Assembly (NCBI GenBank): GCA_964016885.1
Contig: OZ024742.1
Coordinates: forward strand, 256,432,001 to 256,496,000
Reading direction: 5' to 3'
DNA length: 64,000 nucleotides
DNA from: Eledone cirrhosa
Lineage: Eukaryota
The notes below the pieces were generated by a model that had not been told where the DNA came from, ran no database searches, and was given only the letters and a program-made list of their open reading frames with translations. Made by a program: the position numbers and the translations under genes. Shown here piece after piece: positions 41,769-55,366 of the stretch. The number at the start of each line of letters is the position of its first letter. The stretch's first letter is position 1.

Positions 41769-42464
41769 ATATGTGTGTGTGTGTGTGTGTGTGCGCGCAT
41801 GTATGTTTGAGTGCGTGTGTGTCTGTGTGTTTGTATGTGCATGTGTGTTTGAGTGTGTGTGTATGTGTGTGTATGTGTGTATGTGCGTGTGCGTGCCTGT
41901 GCGTGTGTGTCAGCTTGCTTTTGTGCGTGTGTGTGTCAGTGTGTGTACTGATAAACATGCTAAGGCTTGATGCAGATACTTATAAAAACAATTATTGCAT
42001 AATCCCTAGGAATATGGCATTAATAATTACGTAATTTTGCCATTACGCAACTACCAACACGAATTCGACAAGCAGCATCTTGAGTAACGGCATTATGCAA
42101 TATTTCTAACTCAATACAGACTAGTGATATGTGGATGGACTCCTGTGAGAACAATATCGAATACAACCCGGTCTACTTAATACCTAGGTTACTGTGTGAA
42201 GATATCTTAGTGGCCGATGTGTGATGGCAGCATTACATAAGTATTAAGTATGAAATAAATATGTCAGCCATTTATGGGAGAAAATGAAAGTCACATATTT
42301 AGCCTTCACATTTAAATCGTTAATTCACGTATGTCACGTCACTGCTCCAACATAAATATACCATCGTTGGCTGATTGAATAGCTGCATACGCAACACATG
42401 TTTGTCAATATTCATATGATTTTGAAATGATAAGGAATGATTACTCAACACAGAATTTGAGTTT

Positions 42465-42652
42465 AATAATTGTTTCTACTTTTATCAGAAGGCCAGGCAA
42501 TTATACCAGTGCATTACTGGTGCTTTATGTTATCGACCCTGTAAGGCGGAAAGGCAAAGTTAACCTCGACAGGATTGAACTCAGAACATAAAAGGCCATA
42601 ACTCTGTGCTGCAAAATATGTCCGACGCTCTTCCGATAATACCATCCGCCAC
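42465..42652 (-). mobile_element. SINE family A
   Basis: tgtttctacttt..cattactggt..atcgaccc..aaggcaaagttaacctcg..tgaactcagaac. Confidence 0.8.
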
Positions 42653-42758
42653 CCTTTGCGTTTAATAATATTGTTTATGGCTAAGTGACAAAACTTCTTA
42701 ATCTGAAATTTCATCAATGTACTCATAGGATCATCGGACAAAACGCGTCTGATATACA

Positions 42759-42920
<162 letters not shown>

Positions 42921-43272
42921 ATGTAGTTTGTATCCGTTTATGCGAGTAGGTAAAAATGAGAGCTGAAATAATATATTATTTATTCATGTTAATACATGGA
43001 ACAAATGCGTTACATGAGTTTTTAGGCCCAATAATGAATTTATCTTCAGATTGTTAGAGGGATCAATTTGTGACCTAGTTTTCAGGCGCCTACACAAATT
43101 TAAAGATCTCGTTACTGATATATTCAAACTCACCGAAGCTGAAAACTGTCACTAACTTGAACCCTCTTACAATCTGGAGATATGGTCAATATTGGGCCTT
43201 GAACCTTAGGTAGCGCTTTTGTTCCAGGTATGTATATAAATAAATAGTTAAATAGCGTAATACATATGTGTG

Positions 43273-43438
<166 letters not shown>

Positions 43439-43465
43439 AATATTACATGTATATATATATATATA

Positions 43466-44086
43466 TCTTTGCAATTGATGCCGTAAGGACTGTCTGTTTA
43501 TTTTTGAGACTCGAAACCGATTCGGTAAACGTAAGCATAGTGAGTAAAGTTAAATTTTTTTAATTTATTTTGAAACTTTTTCTTATTTGCTAAACCTGAT
43601 TATATATGTTCTGGCTCGTTAATTTATTAACCTGCCATTGAACCACATTGGCATATGGTTGGACAATACATGTGTCCCTAAGCGCATTGTGCGTGTAGGG
43701 ATAGATTCTTTATTATTATTATTCTCCTCTTGGTCGAGAACAAAATTTGGTCGTTCTGACTGCTGCTAGTTATAGCGGGAGTAGACTGACCTCCCTGCCT
43801 TTGCTTCTATCTTTACACACGGCACTTGAAGGAATTGCTTCCACTTCATTTATTCTCATTTCGGGAACAATTATGAATAGCGCCAGTTCGTAATTTGAAC
43901 TGGGGAATTTTATATTCTCCGAGTCAAAAGATCCTTCTGGCGAGTGTTTATCTTTGCAATGGATGCCGTAAGGACTGTCAGTTTATTTTTGAGACTCGAA
44001 ACCGATTCGGTAAAGGTAACCATAGTGAGTAAAGTTAATTTTCAAAAATTTATATTGAAACTTTTTCTTATTTGCTAAACCTGATT
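43466..44086 (+). mobile_element. Non-coding HHR-bearing partial tandem element (485 bp period)
   Basis: 43466-43607 repeats at 43951-44090; HHR-like motif 43933-44016 cctt-CTGGCGA-g..c-GAAA-ccgattcgg-TA-aagg; in (TA)n. Confidence 0.75.
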
Positions 44087-44383
44087 ATATATATATATAT
44101 ATGTATAAAAATAATTCCGCTTTTTTGTACTTTTGACCATGTTATTACTCCAGGATAAACTTACATAGGAATACAAGTGAAATCATAAACTCGTCATCTA
44201 CGTAAACTTCTTGTTGAGTCAAGGAACGCCGTACGCTAAAACTATCCATAATAATAAGTATTCACAACCTCTAATAGGATTACCTATAACGATATTTTGT
44301 TATCCTTTATATATATATATATTATATATATATTATATATTATATATATATTATATATATATTATATATATAAATATATATAT

Positions 44384-45028
44384 ACTTTTAAGTTAAAAAT
44401 ACATATGTATACGTGTGTGTATTCATATACACACTAGTATTTCAGTATGCATATATAGATGTAATTTTTTTAACTTAATTGTTTAAGCGTCAGTCATACA
44501 AAAGTGAGTTACAAACGAAACGAAATTTAATTTCGTTTCGTCATCTGTTTTAATCGTCTCCGCTGAACCGGTGCGTACTCACACTCTATGCAAATTAGTC
44601 TGCCCACTACTAATTTTCATAGAAAAAGCATATAACGATATGTGCTTTTACAATTCTCCAGAAGGGCCGGTAGATAGGTAAATATTGCTGATGAGTTGTA
44701 ACAACAACGAAACTAGTTCAATATTTCTTGTCTGGCTTTCTGGAGAATAGAGGGAAGGTGTTCCCTCAAAAACCAGTATGACTCTAAAAACCGGTTTGTC
44801 TGTGTGTTTACATACAGAATAGCTGGGTGCTCACAGTAAAGCAACCAGTGAAAGACTTGTTACATATACATATGTATACGTGTGTGTATTCATATACACA
44901 CTAGTATTTCAGTATGCATATGTAGATGTAATTTTTTAAACTTTTTTAACTTAATTGTTTAAGCGTCAGTCATACAAAAGTGAGTTACAAACGAAACGAA
45001 ATTTAATTTCGTTTCGTCATTTGTTTTT
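44384..45028 (+). mobile_element. Non-coding HHR-bearing partial tandem element (467 bp period), related to the 19097 element
   Basis: 44400-44551 repeats at 44867-45028; short 5' inverted piece ttaagttaaaaa; in (TA)n. Confidence 0.85.
44680..44726 (+). ncRNA. Intact minimal type I hammerhead ribozyme
   Basis: aaatattg-CTGATGA-gttgt aaca acaac-GAAA-ctag-TT-caatattt: 8 bp stem I, 5 bp stem II, palindromic actagt, GUU site. Confidence 0.92.
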
Positions 45029-45098
45029 ATATATATACTGTATATGTATATACATATAAAATATATATATATACATATAATATATATATATACATACA

Positions 45099-45147
<49 letters not shown>

Positions 45148-45183
45148 AACTGTATGTATATATATATATATATATATTATATG

Positions 45184-45216
<33 letters not shown>

Positions 45217-45257
45217 GTATATATATAGTAATAATAATAATAATATATATATATAGT

Positions 45258-45440
45258 AATAATTGTTTCTACTATTGGCACAAGGCCAGCAATTACCCAG
45301 TACATTATGGTACTTTATTTTATCGACCCCGTAAGGATAAAAGGCAAAGTCAACCTCGGCGGCATTTGAACTCTGATCGTAAAGGGACGTAACTATGCGG
45401 GAAAGCATGGGGGTCCAACCCTCTACCGATACTGCCAATT
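45258..45440 (-). mobile_element. SINE family A, full-length (plus an opposite-strand tail fragment at 45505-45565)
   Basis: Matches the family A copies at 22308 and 28490. Confidence 0.85.
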
Positions 45441-45605
45441 ACCGATAGTAATAATATATATAGAGTAATATATATATATAGTAATAATATATATATATAG
45501 TAATAATAAAGTACCTGTAATGTACTGGGTATTTGCTGGCCTTGTGTTTAAAGTAGAAACAAGTAATAATAATAATATATATATATATGTGTATGTATGT
45601 ATGTA

Positions 45606-47280
45606 TAACGTAGGAATTATGGTAAGGAACCAGATGAACCATAACACACCGAGTACTTTGTTCCGGGACTGGAGATTTAAAATCCCCCTACAAACCTCCC
45701 TAACCCGAGTCAATTTTCTGGACATTACCTTCAACCTTGGAAATGATATGTACTACCCATAAACGAAACCAAACTACAACCTTCACTACATCCACCGCCG
45801 CTCTAATCGGCCTAGAAACATCACCAATAACCTGGATAAAAAAATCTCCCTCCGCATATATCGTTTGTCCGCTAATGAGCAGATATTCGATGAACATGCG
45901 CCTAATTATAACCAGGCCCTCAAGCAAAGCGGCTTTCGGGAGGAAATCTCCTTCCATGTAGCTTCCCTTAGCGGAACCAGCAGGCGATCCGCCGCTCACG
46001 CCACGAAACGTGGTTCAATCCTCCCCACAATGCAGAGGTCGCAACACCAATCGGGAAAATCTTCTTTAGGCTCCTCGAAAACCATTCCCACCACAACACC
46101 GTTACAGCACCACACTAAACTTCGCACAAAACATCGCCTCCTCAAACAACAAGAAACTCAACCCCTTGGAGGAAACATCCTAGACTTTAGTGAAAAGCCG
46201 ACCAGGATGTGTAAATGCTCTGATAGATCTACGTGCCCCCTCAAAAACAGTTGCCGAGTACGTAACGTGATCTACTAATGCAACGTGAGGAAGGAAACCT
46301 CCAACAAAGCCTATATAGGATAATCGACTTCAAGACATATGTTTCGAAACCCGTCCCGGCGACATACCACTACACTTTCGGGCCACAACTGGGACCTCCA
46401 AGATAACAACATAACATACAATCTTACTTGGAGAATACTGACAATGGATAAATCCTACATGGGAGGACGCCGTCCATGTAACTTATGCTCGGAGGAAACA
46501 TTACAAATGCTGTTTACGAAGGACCAACACCTAAACAACAAAGACGAACTTGTAACTGCATGTGAACACCGATTGACCCAGGTGGTTAGACAATTGCTGC
46601 AACATCCTTCTTTTCCCCACTTGCCGAACAAGATAGGGGAAACCCCAGCATACATAGGTAGAAGTACTTCATTTCTTTTCTTCTTTCCTTTATCTCTTCT
46701 TACCACTTCCTTCCACTCCCTCTCCTCTTCCTTTTCCTTTTTCCTCTTTCACCACCCCCAAGGCAGCCCTTCGGGCATTTGTAGCTTCAGTACCCCCTCC
46801 CCAGTAAATTATATATAGCATTGGCCGAAAACGCAATACCTGCTAATAATATAAAAGAGATTTTAAAAATTATTTTTACTATTTAATTTTATTATATTTT
46901 ATTTTTGGTATTTATTTTCTTTCAATCTCAAATTATTGACCTTTTAATTCTATAACTTCCCACTCTCAGTATCCATTTTAGGCTGCTTCCTAACTAGCCC
47001 AATTTTATACACCCTCCTTAGAATTTGCTGATTGGCTCCACCCACTCCCTCATTGTACTACAACCAAGTTCAGCCACCACCCCACCCACTGACATGAAAT
47101 ATTTAATTGTGTTTACAAGAAATTTTGACTAATCCTTTTGACAACTACAATCTTCCCATATAAGGAATTACCACTTGAAAGGTTCAGCTATTTATTACCA
47201 CGCTAAAAATTCTAATTTAGTCCAGAAATAGCCGTCGAAACGGCTTGAGCTCTGCCGTCGGGGTTACACATTTTCCTATA
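45606..47280 (+). mobile_element. Naiad-type PLE (RT thumb + GIY-YIG + pseudo-LTR) with 5' inverted pLTR end
   Basis: VNFLDITFNL, TWFNLP, CKCSDRSTCPLKNSC, YIG, HNWDLQD..YNLTWRIL..CNLCSEE..LNNKDEL..CEH; 45606-45657 is the reverse complement of the pLTR end seen at 47760-47813. Confidence 0.85.
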
Positions 47281-47300
47281 TGTATGTATATATATATATA

Positions 47301-47863
<563 letters not shown>

Positions 47864-48549
47864 CATAATCGGAGAAAGCTAATAGCGATACTCCGGCCAA
47901 ATTCCAACTCACTCAACAAACATTAGGAAATACCTGAGTATATTCCTAAGTAAACGTTCGAGGTGCTAACTAATTGTATTGTGTGGAAAATTGGCTGTAT
48001 CATTTCATATGAGATATAGCAAATATATCTCTTCCCAGACGGACGTCTCGTTTCACTATAAGATTTCTACAAGTTGGGTGAAATTATACCAATTTATGTA
48101 GAAGCTTGTATAAGATCAACAGATACTTATTCAAGTGGGCTTTTATAATTCTTCAGTGGGTGCCAATAATATTAATATTGATAACCAAATCCGCATCAAT
48201 ATTTAGCGATAATCACCATCAATGCTTGAGGGAGCTGATAGGTTGTTAGTTCAGCAGTTCTAATGAAAATATCACACTGTCTCGTAAAATAGGAGGAAGG
48301 AGATTGCCGCCAAAAAACAATACATGCGCAGGTCAATGAAATCTGAAAAGAATTCAAGCCACGTGCTAGAACTCAATTGGGTATGAACAAATAACCATAC
48401 GTGCGCATCGCTTGATGGCACACATAGATATTTTCTCGGGCAAAATAACAGAATGAGATACAAGAACAAACAATCAATATTCATATAAAAAAATAAACAA
48501 AGACAGACATACCTTATATCGGAAAAGTTCATATCTGTTGCTCCATGAC

Positions 48550-48604
<55 letters not shown>

Positions 48605-48605
<1 letters not shown>

Positions 48606-48840
48606 CGTATTATCTTTGTCTTTATCGGTTCTTTACCAGGGAACGTTTCCACGAACCAAAGTATAGTATTCCTATCCTCCTTCGGTTGCAACGTTTTTTG
48701 AAATAGTTACTTCCGCGTTCACAGATTGATCTTTTTAGTTTCAGAAGATCCCGTTAAGGGTGAAAGCACCGATTCTTTGCTTATACTTTAATTTGTTATT
48801 ATAATAAATAAATATATATATATATATTATAATAACAGAT

Positions 48841-48842
<2 letters not shown>
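48605..48842 (+). mobile_element. Pseudo-LTR fragment with CAGAAGA HHR variant (sister of 3213)
   Basis: Near-identical tttcagaagatcccgttaagggtgaaagcaccgattctttg. Confidence 0.7.
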
Positions 48843-48871
<29 letters not shown>

Positions 48872-48891
48872 GGACATATATTTATATATAT

Positions 48892-49349
48892 GAACTCCAA
48901 CCAAAATTAAATAGAAAACGTCAATGGAACAGCAACATCAAACATACAACTAAGGACAACATGAAAAAAAACGCACGGACATAGAACGAACAACCAACCA
49001 GTAACATTTAAATAAATAAATAAATGAACAAATATAAACACACACAGACACCCGGATGTAACACATGCGCAAACTAAGCACACAACAAACACAAAATCAC
49101 GATGGAGTAGGATAGAACAAAGGAGAGGCACACAAACAAAGAAAATAATCCCTAGTCACTGAAGAGGTCACAACATGTGTGACGAAAGAACTTTCACAAT
49201 ATATGAACAATCGTCTGGTTGTGGAACCAACCAACCAACCGGAACTTTATAAATTCTTAAATTTATGAATTTAATTTATAATAAATTGAAGTGAATGCAA
49301 CTGGTGCGTGTGTTTCTTATTGGCAACATGACCCTCCCAAAGCATAACA

Positions 49350-49350
<1 letters not shown>
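48892..49350 (+). mobile_element. Solo pseudo-LTR, Nematis-like family
   Basis: CTGAAGA-g-gtcac aacatgt gtgac-GAAA at 49159-49187; ends atgaccctcccaaagcataacaa(ta)n. Confidence 0.65.
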
Positions 49351-49419
<69 letters not shown>

Positions 49420-49489
49420 GGACATTTCTGGTGATTTCATAAGAATGAATCAGTTTTAGTCCTGTAAAATGTATGTATATCAGTTGGTC

Positions 49490-49712
49490 AACTGAATACT
49501 ACGTGTCTTATTTGTTCCCCAAATTGTTATCATTTTCCCCGTTCCTTCCTCTTATCACTCTTTATTTTCTTCTATTCTTCTATTTGTAACCCTACCTTCT
49601 CATGAAGGACTAGTGTCTGAAATGTTAATAATCCCTTCCTGCTATTTTAAGCGTTAAACTTCCATGTATATACTGTTTGTTTTGTTATATTTGTTATTTC
49701 TGTTTACCTTGA
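49490..49712 (+). mobile_element. Solo Neptune-type pseudo-LTR (decayed HHR)
   Basis: ctcatgaaggactagtgtctgaaatgtt..cttcctgcta..aagcgttaa..ttatttctgtttacctt, homologous to 61110-61217. Confidence 0.6.
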
Positions 49713-49734
49713 ACACACAGACACGCGCACACGC

Positions 49735-49834
<100 letters not shown>

Positions 49835-49914
49835 CTTCTAAATTCAGATGATGGAATATATTTCTTAAAACCTTTATTGAATTATAACTGTTTCAATACA
49901 ACAGTCAAATCATA

Positions 49915-50016
49915 ATTATTGTTTCTACTTTTGGTCCAAGGCCAGCAATTACCCCATTGCATTACTGGTTCTTTATTTTATCGATCTCGTAAGGATGAAA
50001 GGCAATGTTAACCCCG
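49915..50016 (-). mobile_element. SINE family A (5'-truncated)
   Basis: tgtttctacttttggtccaaggccagcaattacc..atcgatctcgtaaggatgaaaggca. Confidence 0.8.
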
Positions 50017-51864
50017 GAAAAAAATAAATATCGAACCGAGATAAGCAGAAGTGACTGCAATATATCTTCAGAGATTACACTCTGTGTTATATGTGTCACA
50101 TCTTCCGTCTATCTTCAAATGATATTTCTTCTATATATCTATCTATAATGGCATGAAAATATTGAGCTTCAATATATTTCTGATTGGTACTTTAAATCCC
50201 TTTAGTTAAATCAATGTATATGTATGTATATATATATATATATATCTATATATGGTTAAGCGTATATATCCATATAGCGGCTTTCTTTTTGTGTTCTATA
50301 TATCAAAAGAAATCGTTATGTAATATGACCATCATGTAGCTCTATGATCATTCAATAAGAGAATTGGATCTAAAAGTCCCAAACTCAGATCGCTTGCAAA
50401 TTTACAATATCTTAGTAAGCAATATTATTTTGCAGAGAACAATATAATCTGGCTAAAAAGAGAGAGTCGGAATAAGTATTATACATCCATATCAATTAGG
50501 TTGTTATAATACCTATATGGTATCTTTCCCCAGCAGCAACATCCTCAACAATTACCGTCGATTATCGTTGGCAAATGTTGTAGCTCATAGCTAGCAATCA
50601 TATATTCTAAACGCAGGAAAATATTAGTTAATATGTGAGCTATTTCTAGCGTTACCACTTACCATATTTTCATCCTATTGAAGGTTATAGTTTTAATTTT
50701 ACTCTGCACGTGTCCTTGGGATCTAAAGTCAATTAGTCTTATTAAGTTCACGGTTTGGACGAAGTGTCGGACGTCAGTATTTCAACAATAGATTATAATA
50801 TTTCAGAGAGTAAAACATTAAAAAAGAATAGAACCCATGGGACATGTGAGTGTGTGTGTCGATTTTAATTGATTGTGTATACCAGCAAATATATTGGCAG
50901 AATTGTCGATATATTATCCCTGAACACACACACATACACACACCCACACACACACAGACACTCACATACACACACACAAACACCACATATATATATATAT
51001 TTATTTATTTATATGCATCAGACTGTGTGTGTATTTCCACATATGCATTGTATACAAAGTTTCACAAATATGTTTCATATTCTTCTACGCCATATTGGTT
51101 TTAATATTCACATTAAGCGAGACATGGTGCTAATGGATTCAATATTTAAGTCACTCACGAACGGAACGGTCGGTGCATCAATCTTTAAAGCAAAACACTA
51201 AGGAGGATCAATAAGTGTCACAAGACATTTTCTCTGTCCCTCCCCCACCCCAGTTTGAGCTTATTGAACAATAATGTAAACATTAAAATTCCAGAAATGA
51301 ATTAGAAGGAAATTCTAGCAATACTAGAATATTTGTAGTGAGTCATTGAGTTTAATTCCATGCAATCACTCTACTATTTAGAAATAATAGAAAAGTTTCC
51401 ACTGAATCTCTCATTACAATTTGAGACATCTCTATCTTGTGTGTGTGAGACTCTGGGTAAACTTTGCCCCGGAGTGTATCGAGGGAGAAGCGATGGAATT
51501 GTCATTCCAATTCGCAGTGTAAATTTGTGTGAATGGCAAACACCACCCAGATATTAGTGAGAAGGGAATTGATTTGGAGACCAAGAGCACCGGAAGTATC
51601 TACTGCTACAAGATAGATCACAGAATGTTGGTGGAGTGACTGACATTTCGACAGTTTGCATTATTCGGCCAGGCGAGCAATGAGGCATGAGTTAGTCGCT
51701 GAATAACCCATGTGTCTGCTGAAGAAAGTTAATGAGAAGGATATCACAATTACATTTTGATTCATATTTCCTTCATAGGTCATCCGCATGCTACGACGAA
51801 TAGGATTTCAATTAATCTAATACAATTATTTGACTCCTGATGAAATTAATACGGATGTGGTTTA

Positions 51865-52045
51865 AAGAACTTCAGCGTGACAGAATATGCGAGAAGGTTG
51901 GCTTTTTGATTCATAGTCGCAACTCATTAATTTCAGCTGTGTAGATTGGGCCCATGGGAATTATAGGAATTTTCCGAAGAACACAACGTGATCCTGTGTT
52001 TCTGTATCGAATATCCGGTTTTACAATCGCTAAGCAAACACCCCG
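51865..52045 (-). mobile_element. Degenerate SINE family B
   Basis: ttcagcgtgacagaat..caactcatt..cagctg..gaacacaacg..atcgaa..caatcg. Confidence 0.5.
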
Positions 52046-52625
52046 AAGAATCACATCATGTGTTTTCACACGCTACTGATCACACGCATTCATTGGTGCC
52101 TCTCTCTCAACAACTCTCTGCATTACTGCTAAATAATCAGTCAAAATAATTGTCTGTTTTATCATGTAAATAAATTTCCATATATTCAGTAAGTTCTCTG
52201 AAATCAGTTAATATTCAGAATTCTGAAGAATTTATAAATCTTATTGTTTCATTATAAGCAGCAAATATACTGCAGCACGCTTTGTAGTAGAACATTATAT
52301 ATTCATATATTAAGATTTTATTTTATATATTGATAAGTAATAAGCAGTAACAATTCAACGTTATTTTATCATACATGTGTATAGTTTGTCTATCACAAAC
52401 GTTACTTCATCATGTTTTATAATATTGTGACTTTTAGCTTCATAATAAAATTCACTATTTGTGCTGCACAAACGGCGGCAAACAACATCATCAAGTCAAA
52501 CGGACATTATCCTGCCATTTGTACTGACAGGACAAGAGCCTTGATTCATTCTAGTATTTGCCTTTGTTTTCCCTCTTTCTCCCTCTCTCCTTTTTTCAAA
52601 ACACACACATATACATACATACGTA

Positions 52626-52678
<53 letters not shown>

Positions 52679-52691
52679 ATACTTTGAGAAA

Positions 52692-52740
<49 letters not shown>

Positions 52741-53331
52741 AGTCAACGTTATGTATAATAATGGTATAAATAACAGCATATAATATATGTAGATATACAA
52801 GACATGATAGACTCGCTATCAAAGGACCGTTGGAGGTAAATGTCACTACGGGGAGATTATCGAATGTTGATAAAATTCTGTCTGGCAATCTCGGCGGCGA
52901 CTGTTATATGTAGCGACCTCAAAAGGATGAATCGATATATTATCTCAGTGCGATGTGGTCCCAGAACCCGGTGAACGTGTAGGAATACCTCAATACAATC
53001 TATCCGACCTCATAAAGATTTCGTCAATTATCTGCTTCACGGTCTAAGTTCATGTGAGAAATGTTACAAATGGAAATTTAAGTAATAGTTGATTTCAACG
53101 AATAACATATTCACACAATTTCTTTAGAAAAATAGATATATCGTGAAAAACAGTAATTATTCTGAATATCAGATGAATTTATATCTGTGATTTTCTTTCT
53201 TGAAATATGTTGGCATTAGTTTATGTACATTTATTTTTATGTACATACCTACATATCCACTTACCTATTTACCTATATATCAATATCTCTCTCTTTCTAT
53301 CCATCTATCAATTTATCTCACTCTCTCTCTC

Positions 53332-53409
<78 letters not shown>

Positions 53410-54561
53410 TTATCTATCTATCTTTCTACCTACCTATCTAACGGTCTTTCAGTTTTATTACTAATCATATTCAGCCAATGGCAATACTACTGGGAAATGA
53501 TGTCCCTAAATTATAGTACTATTGTAACAAAGAGAGAAAGCGACAAAGAAAAATATACAGTATATTTGAACAAAAGTATTGGAGAAAAATTGAGCTCGAT
53601 GAGATTTATACTGATATTGACATGAAATGTAAAAGTCACTTCGCCGATTAATCTGACGGCCTAATGACCCTGTTAATTCGCAGCCTTAACTTAAAACAAA
53701 CGTTATTAAGAAGAAAATTAGTTTTGAACTGGTGAAATAAGTTTTGAAAATTGTTGAATCTCCGACAGGTATTGATCAAAATGATAGAAAAGGATTTCTG
53801 TTTAAATAAAATATTTTGTAAACTGCTTCACTCCACTTTACTGTATTTTCACATACAAACTAAAGTATTTTTTATGCTCTATTTTATAGCCTACATGTAT
53901 CTCTGAGCTTCATTCTGTTCTGTTCTATTTATTTATTGCCTTCATTTTATATATTACAATACTTTTAGTCTATTTATTACAGTCTTTTAGATTTATTACC
54001 GTGACTATTCTTTCTATTTCTGCAGTCCATAAGATTCTATTTATTCTTCCTCGTCTATTCATGAATATTTACTCCCCTCGCTTTTTTTCCTTTATATTCA
54101 GAGTATTTTTTAAACATCTTGAAGTATGTTTTACTATTTTATGATTTAATACTCACCCACGCATACTGCTTACAGAGACACACAAACAGACACACAAATA
54201 TGTGTATGTACTTATGTGAATATATTTATATATACATATAAATATACGTATTTATGTACACCCATGCATACATGCACGCGCACACATAATCATGTATTCA
54301 TGTATATATACATGCATATATTTATATATATATACATAAATATAGAGACATACATACATACATATTCACATACATACACATATAATATAGTTTTTAGAAT
54401 ATCCGAATGATTTGAGAGAACTCAAACTATGACAAGGAAAATAACGATTGAATTCTATTAAATTAAAACAAATGTCATATTTCTGGCCAGTAACAGGATT
54501 TACCCCCCCCCCCCCCGCCCTCACTTACGCAAACACACACACATATATATATATACTTATC

Positions 54562-55310
54562 GTGGTTAATGGCTTCTTAACCATCGTCCCAGCATGTATA
54601 ACCATTTTAACTTATATTTATAGCTCTGGTATCTTCTTCTTCATATCCATGGGGCGCTTGTCCGCCGAAATGCGATTCTCGCTAAATTTATATTTGTATT
54701 AATTTCCCAAGTCAAGCGATTAACCAATTAATTTATTTTGGCTTTTAGTTAATTCTATTGACTGATTAATCGCTTAAGTTTATTTTAAAAACAACTCGGT
54801 CCAGAGCTTTATTCGTTTTGTGCGGTTTTTGCAAACTTTTGCAATAACTACACATGCTGAATTCACTGGCCAAAATAGGGATTTTCTCCCTTTAGAATCT
54901 CGCATGTGCTTTCATAACCTGCGAGATTCTGGCGCAATAAGAAGAAAAACCCGCTGAGAAAGCGATGCCTTGTTCGATCATTATACCAAAAGCTTATTTT
55001 TTATAAGCAGACATTATTATTGATTTAGGTGTTGCAGAAACCCAATTTCGGAGTATTCCATATTCCCCGATGGTCCGGGTAAATATTTCAATCATATCTA
55101 ATTTTGTTTGACACGTTTAGCTTGTTCGCTTTTTTGGCTTAGGTGGTTAATGGCTTCTTAACCATCGTGTCAGCGTGTATACCATTTTAACCTATGTTTA
55201 TACCTCTGGTATCTTCTTCTTCATATCCATGGAGCCTTGTCTGTACAATATGGAAGTTGCGTTTCGCTAATTTCTACCCACCGAAATGCGATTCTCGCTA
55301 ACTTTATATT

Positions 55311-55314
<4 letters not shown>
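54562..55314 (+). mobile_element. Non-coding partial tandem element (~580 bp period) with degenerate long-stem-II HHR candidate
   Basis: 54562-54698 repeats at 55143-55314; ccg-CTGAGAA-a-gcgatgcct..aggtgttgc-a-GAAA..TT-cgg at 54951-55051; in (TA)n. Confidence 0.65.

Positions 55315-55364
<50 letters not shown>

Positions 55365-55366
<2 letters not shown>

Noticed and set aside
46200-46600. Selenocysteine (in-frame TGA) in Naiad GIY-YIG, as known for some Naiads
   Set aside because: Conserved cysteines here and at 56570-56890 are TGT/TGC; the stops seen are TAA at non-Cys positions; no SECIS recognised
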